A stretch of 64,000 nucleotides of DNA. It comes from Acidobacteriota bacterium. Its GTDB lineage: Bacteria > Acidobacteriota > Thermoanaerobaculia > Multivoradales > UBA5704. Made by a program: the position numbers and the translations under genes. How positions within the stretch are numbered: position 1 is the first letter of the stretch; every line of letters starts with the position of its first letter. The notes beneath the pieces were generated by a model. That model did not search any database. It was not told where the DNA came from and worked only from the letters and a program-made list of their open reading frames with translations. The stretch is from the NCBI GenBank assembly GCA_040349255.1, contig JBEQUE010000218.1, positions 24,036 to 88,035 on the forward strand, written 5' to 3'. Positions 47,688-60,669 of this stretch are shown here, in pieces.

Positions 47688-49490
47688 ATGGCTCTCGGCA
47701 ACGTCCACCTCACTCCCCAGCTCGTGCAGGCGGTGCGCGACGCGGCGGACATCGTCTCCATCGCCTCCGAGCACACGAAGCTGCGCAAGGCGGGCCGGCG
47801 CTACCAGGGCCTGTGCCCGATCCACAAGGAGAAGACGCCGTCCTTCAGCGTCGATCCGGTCCAGGGCCTGTTCTACTGCTTCGGCTGCGGCGCGGGCGGC
47901 GACGCGATCAAGCTCCACATGCTCTCGACCGGCGACGACTTCCCGGCCGCCATCGAGTCGCTCGCCACCCGCTACGGCATCCCGCTGCCGAGCCGGGAGA
48001 CGAAAGCCGGCGCGAGGACGGAGCGCGACCTCGAAGGCGCGCTCGAGGCCGCCCAGACCTTCTTCACGGACCAGCTCCGGAAATCGTCCTTCGCCCTGGA
48101 GTACCTGGAGCGCCGGCGCATCCCGCCCGACCTGATCACCCGCTTCGGCCTGGGCTATGCGCCGGACTCCTGGCGCGCCCTGCTCCAGTCGCTCACGCCG
48201 CGCGTCCCGCTCGCGGACCTGGAGGCGGCCGGCCTCGTCGCCCGCCCGGAGCGAGGCGGAGAGCCTTACGACCGCTTCCGGAACCGCCTCATGTTCCCCA
48301 TCCACAACGCTTCCGGCCGCCTGGTCGGCTTCGGCGGGCGCACCCTGGGCGACGACAAGGCGAAGTACATCAACTCGAATGAAACAGACCGCTTCCACAA
48401 GGGTCTACTCCTGTATGGGCTGCACCACGCCAAGAAGGAGATCCGGGAGAGCGGCCGGGCCGTGCTCTGCGAGGGGTACTTCGACGTGATCGGCGCCGTG
48501 GCCTGCGGCCTCGACGGCGCGGTGGCCGGCATGGGCACGGCGCTGACCCCGGAGCAGACGAAGCAGCTCGCCCGCTTCGCGGAAGAGGTGGTGGTGTCCT
48601 ACGACGGCGACAGCGCGGGCGAGAACGCCTTCCGCCGCGCGCTGCCGCTCCTGCTCGGCGAGGGCCTCGCGGTGCGCCGCGCCCGCTTCCCCGGCGGCCA
48701 CGACCCCGACTCGCTGCGGCTGGAGGCGGGAATCGAAGCGGTGGCCGCGGCGGTTCAGGAGTCGGGCGACGCCGTGGTCGCCGAGATCGAGAGGCTGGCG
48801 CCGCCGGAGGCCGGCCGGGAGCCGCAGACCCAGGCCAAGGCGGCGGGGGCGGTGGCCGAGCTGCTGCGGCCGATCCCGGACCCGATTCTGCGTTTCAGCT
48901 ACGCGCGGATCGCGGCCGAGCGCCTGGGAGTGCCGGTCGAGATGCTGTCGAGACGGGTCGGAGCCGGCCCCTCGGCCCAGGCCGGCGCCGGCCGGCCGGC
49001 CGCGGGACCGAGGCGCGAGGAGGGGCTGTCGTGGAACGTCGAGAAGCTGGTCCTGGCCCAGCTCCTGGAGGGCGCGGAGGCGATTCCGCCCGCCGGGGAT
49101 CTCCCGCCTCCCGAGGCGTTCCTCGACCCGGAGTGCAGGAATATTTATCAGACCTTCTGCACTCTATATGCAGAAGGGACGGGCTCCCCCCCGGACGCCC
49201 GGGTGGTGCTGGCCGCGCTGGGAGCCGAAGGACGAACGGTTGACCTGATGGCCGGTATTCTGTTAGAAAGAAATTTTACGTCCGGAGTGTCTGGGAGATC
49301 GGGTCTTTTGGAGTCCCTCGAAAAGTTGGAGGACCGCTGGCGCAAGCAGCGGAACCGCGAGCTGGCGGCCTGGATCCGTGAAGCGGAGATCCGGAAGGAT
49401 TCGGCACGCCTGGAGACCCTGCTGCAGGAGAAGGACCGGTTGAACCAGGGTCTGCATCGGGGATTCCGCTGGAGCCGCGAGGGTGTCTGA
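47688..49490 (+). CDS. dnaG: DNA primase
   Basis: ORF track 600 aa. Zinc ribbon CPIHKEKTPSFSVDPVQGLFYCFGCGAGGD and Toprim AVLCEGYFDVI...VSYDGDSAG. Confidence 0.95.
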   Translation: MALGNVHLTPQLVQAVRDAADIVSIASEHTKLRKAGRRYQGLCPIHKEKTPSFSVDPVQGLFYCFGCGAGGDAIKLHMLSTGDDFPAAIESLATRYGIPLPSRETKAGARTERDLEGALEAAQTFFTDQLRKSSFALEYLERRRIPPDLITRFGLGYAPDSWRALLQSLTPRVPLADLEAAGLVARPERGGEPYDRFRNRLMFPIHNASGRLVGFGGRTLGDDKAKYINSNETDRFHKGLLLYGLHHAKKEIRESGRAVLCEGYFDVIGAVACGLDGAVAGMGTALTPEQTKQLARFAEEVVVSYDGDSAGENAFRRALPLLLGEGLAVRRARFPGGHDPDSLRLEAGIEAVAAAVQESGDAVVAEIERLAPPEAGREPQTQAKAAGAVAELLRPIPDPILRFSYARIAAERLGVPVEMLSRRVGAGPSAQAGAGRPAAGPRREEGLSWNVEKLVLAQLLEGAEAIPPAGDLPPPEAFLDPECRNIYQTFCTLYAEGTGSPPDARVVLAALGAEGRTVDLMAGILLERNFTSGVSGRSGLLESLEKLEDRWRKQRNRELAAWIREAEIRKDSARLETLLQEKDRLNQGLHRGFRWSREGV

Positions 49491-49508
49491 TCCTCATAGG
49501 AGAGCACT

Positions 49509-51215
<1,707 letters not shown>

Positions 51216-51240
51216 TTGATCCCGTTCCCCCTCTCCCTAG

Positions 51241-51270
51241 CCCTCTCCCCCAGTCACCTGGGGGAGAGGG
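51241..51270 (+). terminator. perfect 12-bp-stem hairpin downstream of rpoD (CCCTCTCCCCCA gtcacc TGGGGGAGAGGG)
   Basis: Read from the sequence, 26 nt after the rpoD stop. No U-tract follows. Confidence 0.45.
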
Positions 51271-51286
51271 AACGCGACCCAAACGG

Positions 51287-51316
51287 TTGACAGGGCGCGC
51301 GGGTTCGCCCTAACAT
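51287..51316 (+). promoter_or_regulatory. sigma70-type promoter for tRNA-Asn (TTGACA-18-TAACAT)
   Basis: TTGACA at 51287-51292 and TAACAT at 51311-51316. The tRNA starts 30 nt downstream. Confidence 0.5.
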
Positions 51317-51345
51317 TCCGCCTCCCGGGAAACCGGCTTGTTTGA

Positions 51346-51420
51346 TCCTCGGTAGCTCAACGGTAGAGCGTTCGGCTGTTAACCGAAATGTTGGGGGTTC
51401 GAATCCCTCCCGAGGAGCCA
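51346..51420 (+). tRNA. tRNA-Asn (anticodon GUU), CCA encoded
   Basis: TCCTCGG TA GCTC AACGGTA GAGC G TTCGG CTGTTAA CCGAA ATGTT GGGGG TTCGAAT CCCTC CCGAGGA G CCA. All stems pair. Confidence 0.92.
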
Positions 51421-51430
51421 TTTCCTTCCT

Positions 51431-53323
51431 TCACGCCTCGGCCAGAATCCTCCTCAGCAGGATCAGCAGCCACACGGCCGCCGCGGTGACCGCGGCCGGC
51501 ATCACCCAGCGGTTCCACCAGGGTGGCTCCGGCGCCTCGCCCTCGCTGCGGATCCCGGCCGGCTCCCAGGCATGGCCGAGCAGCGCCGGTCCGAGCGCGG
51601 CCAGGTCGTAGCGCGGCGCCTCCAGCGTCGCGGCTCCGGCGAGCAGCCGCACCTCCTCCCCCTTCGCCACGTCCGGCCAGACGAACAGCAGCACGTCCTG
51701 CCGCCGCCAGACCGCCACGTCCACCGCGGACAGCCGCGGGTTGTCGCCGTCGCGGAAGCGGACCGTCAGGAGACGCGGCGCCGTGCCGCGCAGGGCCAGT
51801 TGCTCGCGGCACGGGAGCGGCGGCTGCGGCGAACAGCTCCAGGTGCCTTTCGCGGCCGGCTCGCGCGCCGCCCGGCCGCTCCGCGGAGAGCGGCGGTCCG
51901 GATCCACGAACATCACGGTGATCGCCCGGCGCAGGAGCGACCCGGGAGCCATCAGATCGATCTGGGTGAGGGGCAGATTCTCGGTCGGCAGCGACACCAC
52001 GACCCGGCTTTCGCCGGGCCGCTCGGACTCGGTCGGTCGCAGGCCCTTGGGACCGGCCGTCAGGGCCGGGGCCGGCGGGGACCAGCGGTAGAACGGCACC
52101 TGCCGGCCGGCCACCGTCAACCTGAGGTCGGCCAGATCCTCGCGCGCCGCCGCATAGACCGCCGCCGGCAGCTCCAGGCGGACGAGCGTGCCGAGCTCGG
52201 CATTCGGCGCGGTCACCCTCCAGGAGCCCGAGAAGCGGATGCGGTCGAGCTGCGCGCCCGGCTCCCGCGGCAGCGGTGGCGACGGGCTCTCCTGCTCCGG
52301 TCCGGGCTCCACCCAGACCGCCGCGCCGGGAAGGCCCGCGGACGCGCTCGACAGGCTCGTCCCGCCATAAGCCAGCGTGTACCGGCCCGCCTCGGCGGCC
52401 TGGAAGAGGACCGTGGGCACCGCGAGGTCGAGCACATAGCCGTCGAGCTTCGGCGCCTCGTCCGGCGCGTAGAGCTCCAGGCGCAGGAGCGAGCCTGCGA
52501 GCGGCCGAGGCCAACCTGGCACCACATGGCGCCGCGGGTCGCCTTCGCGGCCCGGCTGCCAGACGCCTTCGGCGAGAAGCTCCCAGCGGGCGTCGCGCGG
52601 TTCGTAAAGGCGGTAGCCGACCGGCCCCGCGCCTTCCAGCTCCACCGCGATCCGGCGGACGATCTGAGACGCCGGCAGCTCCAGCGTGCACACCGCGCCG
52701 GTGGCGGTGTCCTCGCACCGGGCGCCGCGGATGGCCAGCGCGAGGGTCGGGCCGGTGACCGTCTCCACCTCGGCAGCCGTGATGGCGGGAGGAGCGGAGC
52801 CGGCAGGCCAGTGGAGGCGGAGGAAGCGGTCCGAGGTGGACGGGTAGGACAGGGCGACCCGCTGCAGTCCCTCCAGCGCTCCGAGCTCGACCGGCACGCC
52901 GGACGCGAGAGGCTGCCAGCCGGCGCCGTCGGGGCTCCCTTCGAGGCTCAGCGCGGGCACCGGGCCGCCGGCCGGCAGATCGAGGATCAGCCGCTCGTGC
53001 GGAGCCGGCGCACCGGGGCCGGCCTCGAGCTGCTGTACCCATCCTCCCTCTTCGGCTTCGGGGCCTCGGACCGCCAGAGGCTGCCGGCCGCTCCCAGGGA
53101 GCGCCACGCCGAGGCGGAACGGCACCACGGCGCCGCTGGGAGAGAGGACGCGCACGTCCGCGCCGCCGGGAGCCATGTGCCGGAGCGCAGCCAGGTCCAG
53201 AGGCACCCGCACCCAGCCGGCGGCGGGCACATTCAGGTCGCGCGAGTAGGCGAATCCGGGGAGAGCCTGGAGCGGACCGGCGAGGAGGAGGAGACCGGCG
53301 AGAAGCGACAGGATTGAGGCCAT
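51431..53323 (-). CDS. hypothetical exported protein with a C-terminal TM anchor (possibly DUF3999-like modules)
   Basis: Last 630 codons of ORF 51431..53401. Signal peptide MASILSLLAGLLLLAGPLQA. Internal repeats of the ...DLRL..AG..VPF type. C-terminal helix VMPAAVTAAAVWLLILL. Confidence 0.55.
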   Translation of the reverse strand: MASILSLLAGLLLLAGPLQALPGFAYSRDLNVPAAGWVRVPLDLAALRHMAPGGADVRVLSPSGAVVPFRLGVALPGSGRQPLAVRGPEAEEGGWVQQLEAGPGAPAPHERLILDLPAGGPVPALSLEGSPDGAGWQPLASGVPVELGALEGLQRVALSYPSTSDRFLRLHWPAGSAPPAITAAEVETVTGPTLALAIRGARCEDTATGAVCTLELPASQIVRRIAVELEGAGPVGYRLYEPRDARWELLAEGVWQPGREGDPRRHVVPGWPRPLAGSLLRLELYAPDEAPKLDGYVLDLAVPTVLFQAAEAGRYTLAYGGTSLSSASAGLPGAAVWVEPGPEQESPSPPLPREPGAQLDRIRFSGSWRVTAPNAELGTLVRLELPAAVYAAAREDLADLRLTVAGRQVPFYRWSPPAPALTAGPKGLRPTESERPGESRVVVSLPTENLPLTQIDLMAPGSLLRRAITVMFVDPDRRSPRSGRAAREPAAKGTWSCSPQPPLPCREQLALRGTAPRLLTVRFRDGDNPRLSAVDVAVWRRQDVLLFVWPDVAKGEEVRLLAGAATLEAPRYDLAALGPALLGHAWEPAGIRSEGEAPEPPWWNRWVMPAAVTAAAVWLLILLRRILAEA

Positions 53324-53460
53324 GCTGGGGAAGCCGAACGCTCGTTCAGGCGTACGAGACCTGTCAGGAGCTTCCGCACCAACCGGAGAGAGGGGCCTCA
53401 TGCAAGTAACGCTGAAAGAATTCTACCACCAACCCGGCCTTCTTTGTAAAGCCCCCCTCT

Positions 53461-55398
<1,938 letters not shown>

Positions 55399-55419
55399 GG
55401 CTCCTCCTCCGGTGAGATC

Positions 55420-56121
55420 TTACAGAAGATCGTCCAGCGAAGCCCCGCTCCTCCGTTCCTCGGGCTCGCGGTCGCGGCGGAAGATCCGGGCGCCGTTGGC
55501 GCCGCCGAGCACGGCCCGCCGGTCCTCGACCCGGATCCAGGCGCCTTCGCGCAGGCCGACCACCGGCGTCTCGTTCTCCTCGTGGAACTCGCGGAGGCGC
55601 TGCTCGCGGGTCTCGCCCATGTGGGTCGAGCCGGAATCGGGATCGATGTAGTGCGGGTTGATCTGGAATGGCACCAGGCCGAGGGCGTCGAACGACACGG
55701 GCTGGACGATCGGCATGTCGTTCGTCGTCCGGATCGTGGGCGTGGCGAGGTTGGTGCCCGCGCTGCTGCCGATGTACGGCATGCCGGCCAGCGCGCGCTC
55801 CCGGAGCGCCGCCAACAGCCCGGTCTCCTGGAGCGTCCTGAGCAGCCGAAAGGTATTGCCGCCGCCGGTGAACACCGCCTCGGCCTCGCGGATCATCCCC
55901 AGCCCCGCCTCGTCCGCGGTCAGCGTCGTCGCCCGGACGCCGATGTCCGCCAGCCGCTCGGCGGACCGCGCACCGTAGATCTCGCGCTCCTTCAGGGCGA
56001 AAGGGATGAAGACCAGGCTCCGGACCGGGCCCAGGAAATCGTCGATCTCGGCCAGGCAGTGATCCAGGAACCCCTGACCGTGATTCGTGGAGTTGCTGAT
56101 GAGCAGCAGGCGTCTCGGCAT
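55420..56121 (-). CDS. pepE: dipeptidase E (peptidase S51)
   Basis: ORF track 233 aa. LLLISNST...FTGGGNTFRLL...YIGSSAGTN. Confidence 0.85.
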   Translation of the reverse strand: MPRRLLLISNSTNHGQGFLDHCLAEIDDFLGPVRSLVFIPFALKEREIYGARSAERLADIGVRATTLTADEAGLGMIREAEAVFTGGGNTFRLLRTLQETGLLAALRERALAGMPYIGSSAGTNLATPTIRTTNDMPIVQPVSFDALGLVPFQINPHYIDPDSGSTHMGETREQRLREFHEENETPVVGLREGAWIRVEDRRAVLGGANGARIFRRDREPEERRSGASLDDLL

Positions 56122-56163
56122 CTCAGACCCTCTCTGGAGGCCGGAATCCTACGTCAGGAAGGG

Positions 56164-56712
56164 ATGGTTGCAACTGCCAACCATTTCGTCTATCCTCTCT
56201 CCATGGACGCGGCGACCCTCCTCCCCGTGCTGGCCACGGACCCCGATCTGGAGCGGGATTCGGCGGATCTGTATGACGCCCTGTCCAACCTGGTGCGGGT
56301 CTACCAGTTCCGGGACCGGGACCGGATCTGTTGCTACGACGTCTCGGTCACCCAGTGCTACGCGCTGGAGGGGCTGATCCGCGTGGGCAGCATGACGCTC
56401 AACGAGCTGGCGGCCCATCTCTTCCTCGACAAGAGCACGGCGAGCCGGGTGGTGGACGCCCTGGAACGGAAAGGCTACGTGGCCCGCACTCCGCACCCCA
56501 GGGACCGCCGCGCCGTGCTCTTGGAGGCGACCCCGAACGGCCGCGCCCTGGAAAACAGGATCCGCGAGGAGATCCTGGCCGAGGAGCAGCAGCTCCTCGC
56601 CGACTTCCCGCACGAGGTTCGCCGGGCCATGACCGAGCTCCTCTCCCGCCTCGGCCGCGCCGCGAACAGCCGCGTCGAGGCCGGAGGAGGAACCTGCTGC
56701 CGTCTCCCCTGA
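56164..56712 (+). CDS. MarR-family transcriptional regulator
   Basis: Last 182 codons of ORF 53479..56712. VTQCYALEGLIRVGSMTLNELAAHLFLDKSTASRVVDALERKGYVARTPHPRDRRAV. The rest of that ORF is antisense to acs and pepE. Confidence 0.8.
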   Translation: MVATANHFVYPLSMDAATLLPVLATDPDLERDSADLYDALSNLVRVYQFRDRDRICCYDVSVTQCYALEGLIRVGSMTLNELAAHLFLDKSTASRVVDALERKGYVARTPHPRDRRAVLLEATPNGRALENRIREEILAEEQQLLADFPHEVRRAMTELLSRLGRAANSRVEAGGGTCCRLP

Positions 56713-56761
56713 TCCCTTTTTTTGGACTGATAGTTGTCACTGACAACGAAAGGAGACAAAC

Positions 56762-57604
56762 TTGAGCATCCAGACTCTCGACCCTTCTGCCCTGCGTGAA
56801 GTCGTTCAGGCGAAGTACGGCGAAGCCGCGCGCACCGCCCGCGACGGAGCCGCCTCCTCCTGCGGTTGCGGCTGTAGCACATCGGCGGGCACCGCCAAGG
56901 ACCCCATCACCTCCGACCTCTACAGCGCGACCGAGACCGCCGACCTGCCGACCGCCGCGGTGCTGGCCTCGCTCGGCTGCGGCAACCCCACAGCGCTCGC
57001 CGAGCTGCGCGAAGGAGAGACCGTGCTCGACCTGGGCTCCGGAGGCGGCATCGACGTCCTCCTCTCGGCCCGCCGGGTCGGCCCCACGAGCAAGGCCTAC
57101 GGCCTGGACATGACCGACGACATGCTGGCGCTGGCGCGCGAGAACCAGAGGAAGGCCGGGGTGGAGAACGTCGAGTTCCTGAAGGGCGAGATCGAGTCGA
57201 TCCCGCTGCCCGGCTCGGCGGTGGACGTGATCATCTCCAACTGCGTGATCAACCTCTCGGCGGACAAACGGCGGGTGCTCGCCGAGGCCTTCCGGGTCCT
57301 CAAGCCCGGCGGCCGCTTCGCGGTCTCCGACGTGGTGATGCGGGGAGAGATGCCAGAAGCCCTGCGCCGCAATGTGGAGCTCTGGATCGGCTGCGTGGCC
57401 GGCGCCCTCCAGGAGACCGATTACCGGAGCCTCCTTGCCGAGGTCGGCTTCGAGGAGATCGACGTCGAGCCCACCCGTGTCTACCGGGTCGAGGACGCCC
57501 GCGAGTTCCTGAAGGAAGCCGGCATCGACCCCGACACCGTCGCGCCCGAGGTGGACGGCAAGGTCATGAGCGCCTTCGTGAGAGCCCGTAAGCCCTTGGC
57601 GTGA
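56762..57604 (+). CDS. arsM: arsenite S-adenosylmethionine methyltransferase
   Basis: ORF track 280 aa, TTG start. N-terminal Cys cluster [19 protein letters not shown] motif [12 protein letters not shown], and NCVINLS. Confidence 0.85.
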   Translation: MSIQTLDPSALREVVQAKYGEAARTARDGAASSCGCGCSTSAGTAKDPITSDLYSATETADLPTAAVLASLGCGNPTALAELREGETVLDLGSGGGIDVLLSARRVGPTSKAYGLDMTDDMLALARENQRKAGVENVEFLKGEIESIPLPGSAVDVIISNCVINLSADKRRVLAEAFRVLKPGGRFAVSDVVMRGEMPEALRRNVELWIGCVAGALQETDYRSLLAEVGFEEIDVEPTRVYRVEDAREFLKEAGIDPDTVAPEVDGKVMSAFVRARKPLA

Positions 57605-57756
57605 CGAGGTTTCGATTCGGGAGAGGCCGCACGGCCTCCCCCGCCTCAGTCTCGGCGCCTTGCCGAGAGGTCTCGGCGGGCCCCGAGAGTCTTCGGCGAG
57701 GCGTTCAGAGCCTTGATGTGGCATGCTGAAGGCCGTCGGCTGAAAGGGAGAGACCA

Positions 57757-58320
57757 ATGCCACGGATCACCGTGCAGGAGCCGTCCGGCAGGGAAGAGAT
57801 CATCCGCGAGCTTCAGAGCGTGCAGAGTCAAGGCCGGGATTTCTGGAATTCCTTCTCCACGGCCGAGTTCTTCTCTCCCTTCGGCGACGCCTGGTCGCCG
57901 GCGGACAACGTCCGCCATCTGTTGAAATCGACCCGGCCGGTGGCCGGGGCTCTCGCGATGCCCAAGGCGCTGCTGGCGATCCGGTTCGGAGCGGCCCTTC
58001 GGGACTCGGTCACATACTCGCAGCTTCGAGAGAGATACCAGTCGATCCTGGCGACGGGGTTCAAGGCCGGCCGGTTCACGCCGGCTCCGCTGAAGCCCTC
58101 CGAGATTTCGGAGGAACACCGCCGATCGATGATGGCCTCTCTGGATACGACCTTCGAAAACCTTCTCTCCGCGGCGGCTCGCTGGCGGGAGTGGCAGTTG
58201 GATCGCTTGCGACTCCCCCATCCGGCGCTCGGCCATCTCACGGTCCGGGAGATGCTCTTCTTCACGATCTATCATCATGTCCATCACGTGGAGAACGTCG
58301 TCCGCCGCATGGCTGCATGA
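57757..58320 (+). CDS. DinB-superfamily protein
   Basis: ORF track 187 aa. His-rich four-helix pattern ending REMLFFTIYHHVHHVENV. Confidence 0.7.
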   Translation: MPRITVQEPSGREEIIRELQSVQSQGRDFWNSFSTAEFFSPFGDAWSPADNVRHLLKSTRPVAGALAMPKALLAIRFGAALRDSVTYSQLRERYQSILATGFKAGRFTPAPLKPSEISEEHRRSMMASLDTTFENLLSAAARWREWQLDRLRLPHPALGHLTVREMLFFTIYHHVHHVENVVRRMAA

Positions 58321-58952
58321 ACGCGTACCAGAGGCTTCTGCTCTCAACGGGGGCGGTCCTGCTCGTGCTCGGGTGCATCGGGGCGCCGTACCCCGAGCAG
58401 ATGTACCTGCAACACATTCCGACCGTCGTCGCCCTTGTCGCTCTCGCGGCGTCGAGCCGATGGTATCCGCTTTCCAATGCGGCGTTCACGTGCCTCATCC
58501 TCTTCCTGCTGCTTCACATCCTGGGCGCGAGGTACATCTACTCGTATGTACCCTATGACGAATGGTTGAGGGCTCTGGTCGGCACGGATCTGATATCCAT
58601 CTTTTATTTCCAAAGAAATCATTACGATCGGCTCGTTCACTTCGCGTTCGGTCTGCTCTGGGTGCTGCCGGTGCGGGAGGTGTGCGTCCGCTACTTCAAG
58701 GTGCCCCGCCGGTTCGCGTTCTACGTGGCTTTCGAGTTCGTGCTCTCGGCCAGCGCGCTGTACGAGCTGTTCGAGTGGGGTCTCACGATGGTCCTTTCGC
58801 CGAACGACGCGGACGCCTACAACGGGCAGCAGGGCGACATGTGGGACGCCCATAAGGACATGGCTCTCGCCGTGCTCGGTTCGGTGGTGGCTCTGGGATT
58901 CCTCTACCTGCGCAGGTATGATTCCCGCCATGCGCCTGAGACTCTTCCGTAA
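58317..58952 (+). CDS. DUF2238 (YjdF-like) membrane protein
   Basis: Last 211 codons of ORF 58191..58952. The ATGA overlaps the dinB-like stop. LLHILGARYIYSYVPYDEWL...NHYDRLVHFAFG...ELFEW. Confidence 0.7.
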   Translation: MNAYQRLLLSTGAVLLVLGCIGAPYPEQMYLQHIPTVVALVALAASSRWYPLSNAAFTCLILFLLLHILGARYIYSYVPYDEWLRALVGTDLISIFYFQRNHYDRLVHFAFGLLWVLPVREVCVRYFKVPRRFAFYVAFEFVLSASALYELFEWGLTMVLSPNDADAYNGQQGDMWDAHKDMALAVLGSVVALGFLYLRRYDSRHAPETLP

Positions 58953-59682
58953 CGCCACCCAGCGCCTCCGGTACGCCGGGCACGAGTTGCTGCTCGATCC
59001 CTACTTCGCTCCGAAACACTCGCGGCCATCTTTCGCGGGCCGGTCTCCCAATCCTCTCGTGGACCTTCCTTGTCCTCCCGAGGAGATCCTGGCCGGGGCC
59101 GAGCTTTTGATCGTCTCTCACCTGCACTCCGATCATTACGATCCCGAGGCCCAGCATCTCCTTCCCAAGGCTCTGCCCGTGCTGTGTCAGCCGGGAGACG
59201 AGGAGACCATCCGGAGCCACGGTTTCGAGCGGGTGACCCCGGTTGTCGATTCGGTCGAGTGGCAAGGCATCACGATCACCCGCACGCCGGGTCAGCATGG
59301 AACCTACCCGGCGGAGCTGGCGGACATGGGACAGGTCTCGGGTTTCGTCTTCCAGGCTTCGGGAGAGCCCACGGTCTACTGGACCGGGGACACCATCCTT
59401 TATGAAGCGGTGTTGCAGGTGATCGAGCGGTTCCGACCGAATGTGATCATCACCCACTCTTCAGGCGCGATGTGGAAGGGATCCGGCCCGATCGTGATGG
59501 ATGCCGACCAGACGCTCGCCGTCTGCAAGGCCGCTCCGCAGAGCCTCGTGGTCGCGATCCATCTCGACTCTCTCGATCACGGCGAGGTGTCGCGCCAGGA
59601 TCTCCATGCCCGCGCGGCGGGGATTTCCCAGCTTCTGATCCCCGAAGACGGCGAGACGCTTCAGTTCCCGATCTCGTTGTAG
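58918..59682 (+). CDS. MBL-fold metallo-hydrolase
   Basis: ORF track 254 aa. LIVSHLHSDHYD motif. Confidence 0.75.
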   Translation: MIPAMRLRLFRNATQRLRYAGHELLLDPYFAPKHSRPSFAGRSPNPLVDLPCPPEEILAGAELLIVSHLHSDHYDPEAQHLLPKALPVLCQPGDEETIRSHGFERVTPVVDSVEWQGITITRTPGQHGTYPAELADMGQVSGFVFQASGEPTVYWTGDTILYEAVLQVIERFRPNVIITHSSGAMWKGSGPIVMDADQTLAVCKAAPQSLVVAIHLDSLDHGEVSRQDLHARAAGISQLLIPEDGETLQFPISL

Positions 59683-60632
59683 TCGGGCACGAAGGTCGCC
59701 AGACCCTTGTCCGGAAGGGTGCGCGAGAACCCCGCCACCAATTGCCGGTCGAAGTGGTTCGGCGACATCAGGAGGGCGTCCTTCGGGTCCTGGTCGATGA
59801 TCTGAAGGTCGGCCCCGTGCATGGTGAGCTTGCCGAAGCTCAACTCCCCGCCGCGGAAGAAGATGTAATGGGCCGCGTCCGGGAAGGATGGCTTCAGGGT
59901 TGTCGCTTTCGCGCCTCCGAAGATCTGGACGAGATGATCCTTTTCCAGGCGGACCGCGACCACGCGGCCGAGCATCCGGGGCGAAGGTCCCAGCTTTTCA
60001 GGGTCGAGGATGAAATCGTTCTCGACGATCCGCACGCCTTTCGATTCCTGGGATTTGATCATCTCGGACAGCTCGACGTCGAACAGGTCGAGGAGCCCTT
60101 TGACCGGCAATCCTTCAGCCTTGATCCTCGTGGGGTGCAGCCGGATGTCCCCCTCGGGCGTTACGGAGAGATCGCCTTCTATCGTGGTCTTGACCGGGAT
60201 CTTCTTCTTGAGCGTCGCCGTCTGCTTGACGTGGCCGTTCTCGATCTCGATCTTCACGTCCTTGACCGGCGCGGACGCGTCGTTGAAGACATAGCCGTTC
60301 AACAGGGCGCTGAGCGATTCGGGCGTCATCGCGATCTCGCCCTGATCGATCCTCACCCGGAACGAGGCGGGATCGTCGAAGAACGGCGGCTCCCCTTCCT
60401 TGTTGGACAGCAGCTCGCCGTGAAGCTCGCGGACCTCCAGGACCACCTTGGGATCGACCAGGAGGTTGACACCCTTCATCTCGGTGCGGACGTGGCCGGC
60501 CGAAGGCTCCGGCCTGGGAGCTCCTTTCGGATTCGCGGTCGGAACGGAGGACGCCGGATCAGCGGCCCGGCTGTGACAGGCTGCCAGGAGACAAAGAAGG
60601 GCCAGGTGGGGTACATACGCTCTCCGCCACAC
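59661..60632 (-). CDS. hypothetical lipoprotein
   Basis: ORF track 323 aa. LALLCLLAAC lipobox and protein-like composition. No family recognised. Confidence 0.6.
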   Translation of the reverse strand: MWRRAYVPHLALLCLLAACHSRAADPASSVPTANPKGAPRPEPSAGHVRTEMKGVNLLVDPKVVLEVRELHGELLSNKEGEPPFFDDPASFRVRIDQGEIAMTPESLSALLNGYVFNDASAPVKDVKIEIENGHVKQTATLKKKIPVKTTIEGDLSVTPEGDIRLHPTRIKAEGLPVKGLLDLFDVELSEMIKSQESKGVRIVENDFILDPEKLGPSPRMLGRVVAVRLEKDHLVQIFGGAKATTLKPSFPDAAHYIFFRGGELSFGKLTMHGADLQIIDQDPKDALLMSPNHFDRQLVAGFSRTLPDKGLATFVPDYNEIGN

Positions 60633-60669
60633 ACATCAGGGTTTTGCATGCCCTGTGCCAAACGTCCAG

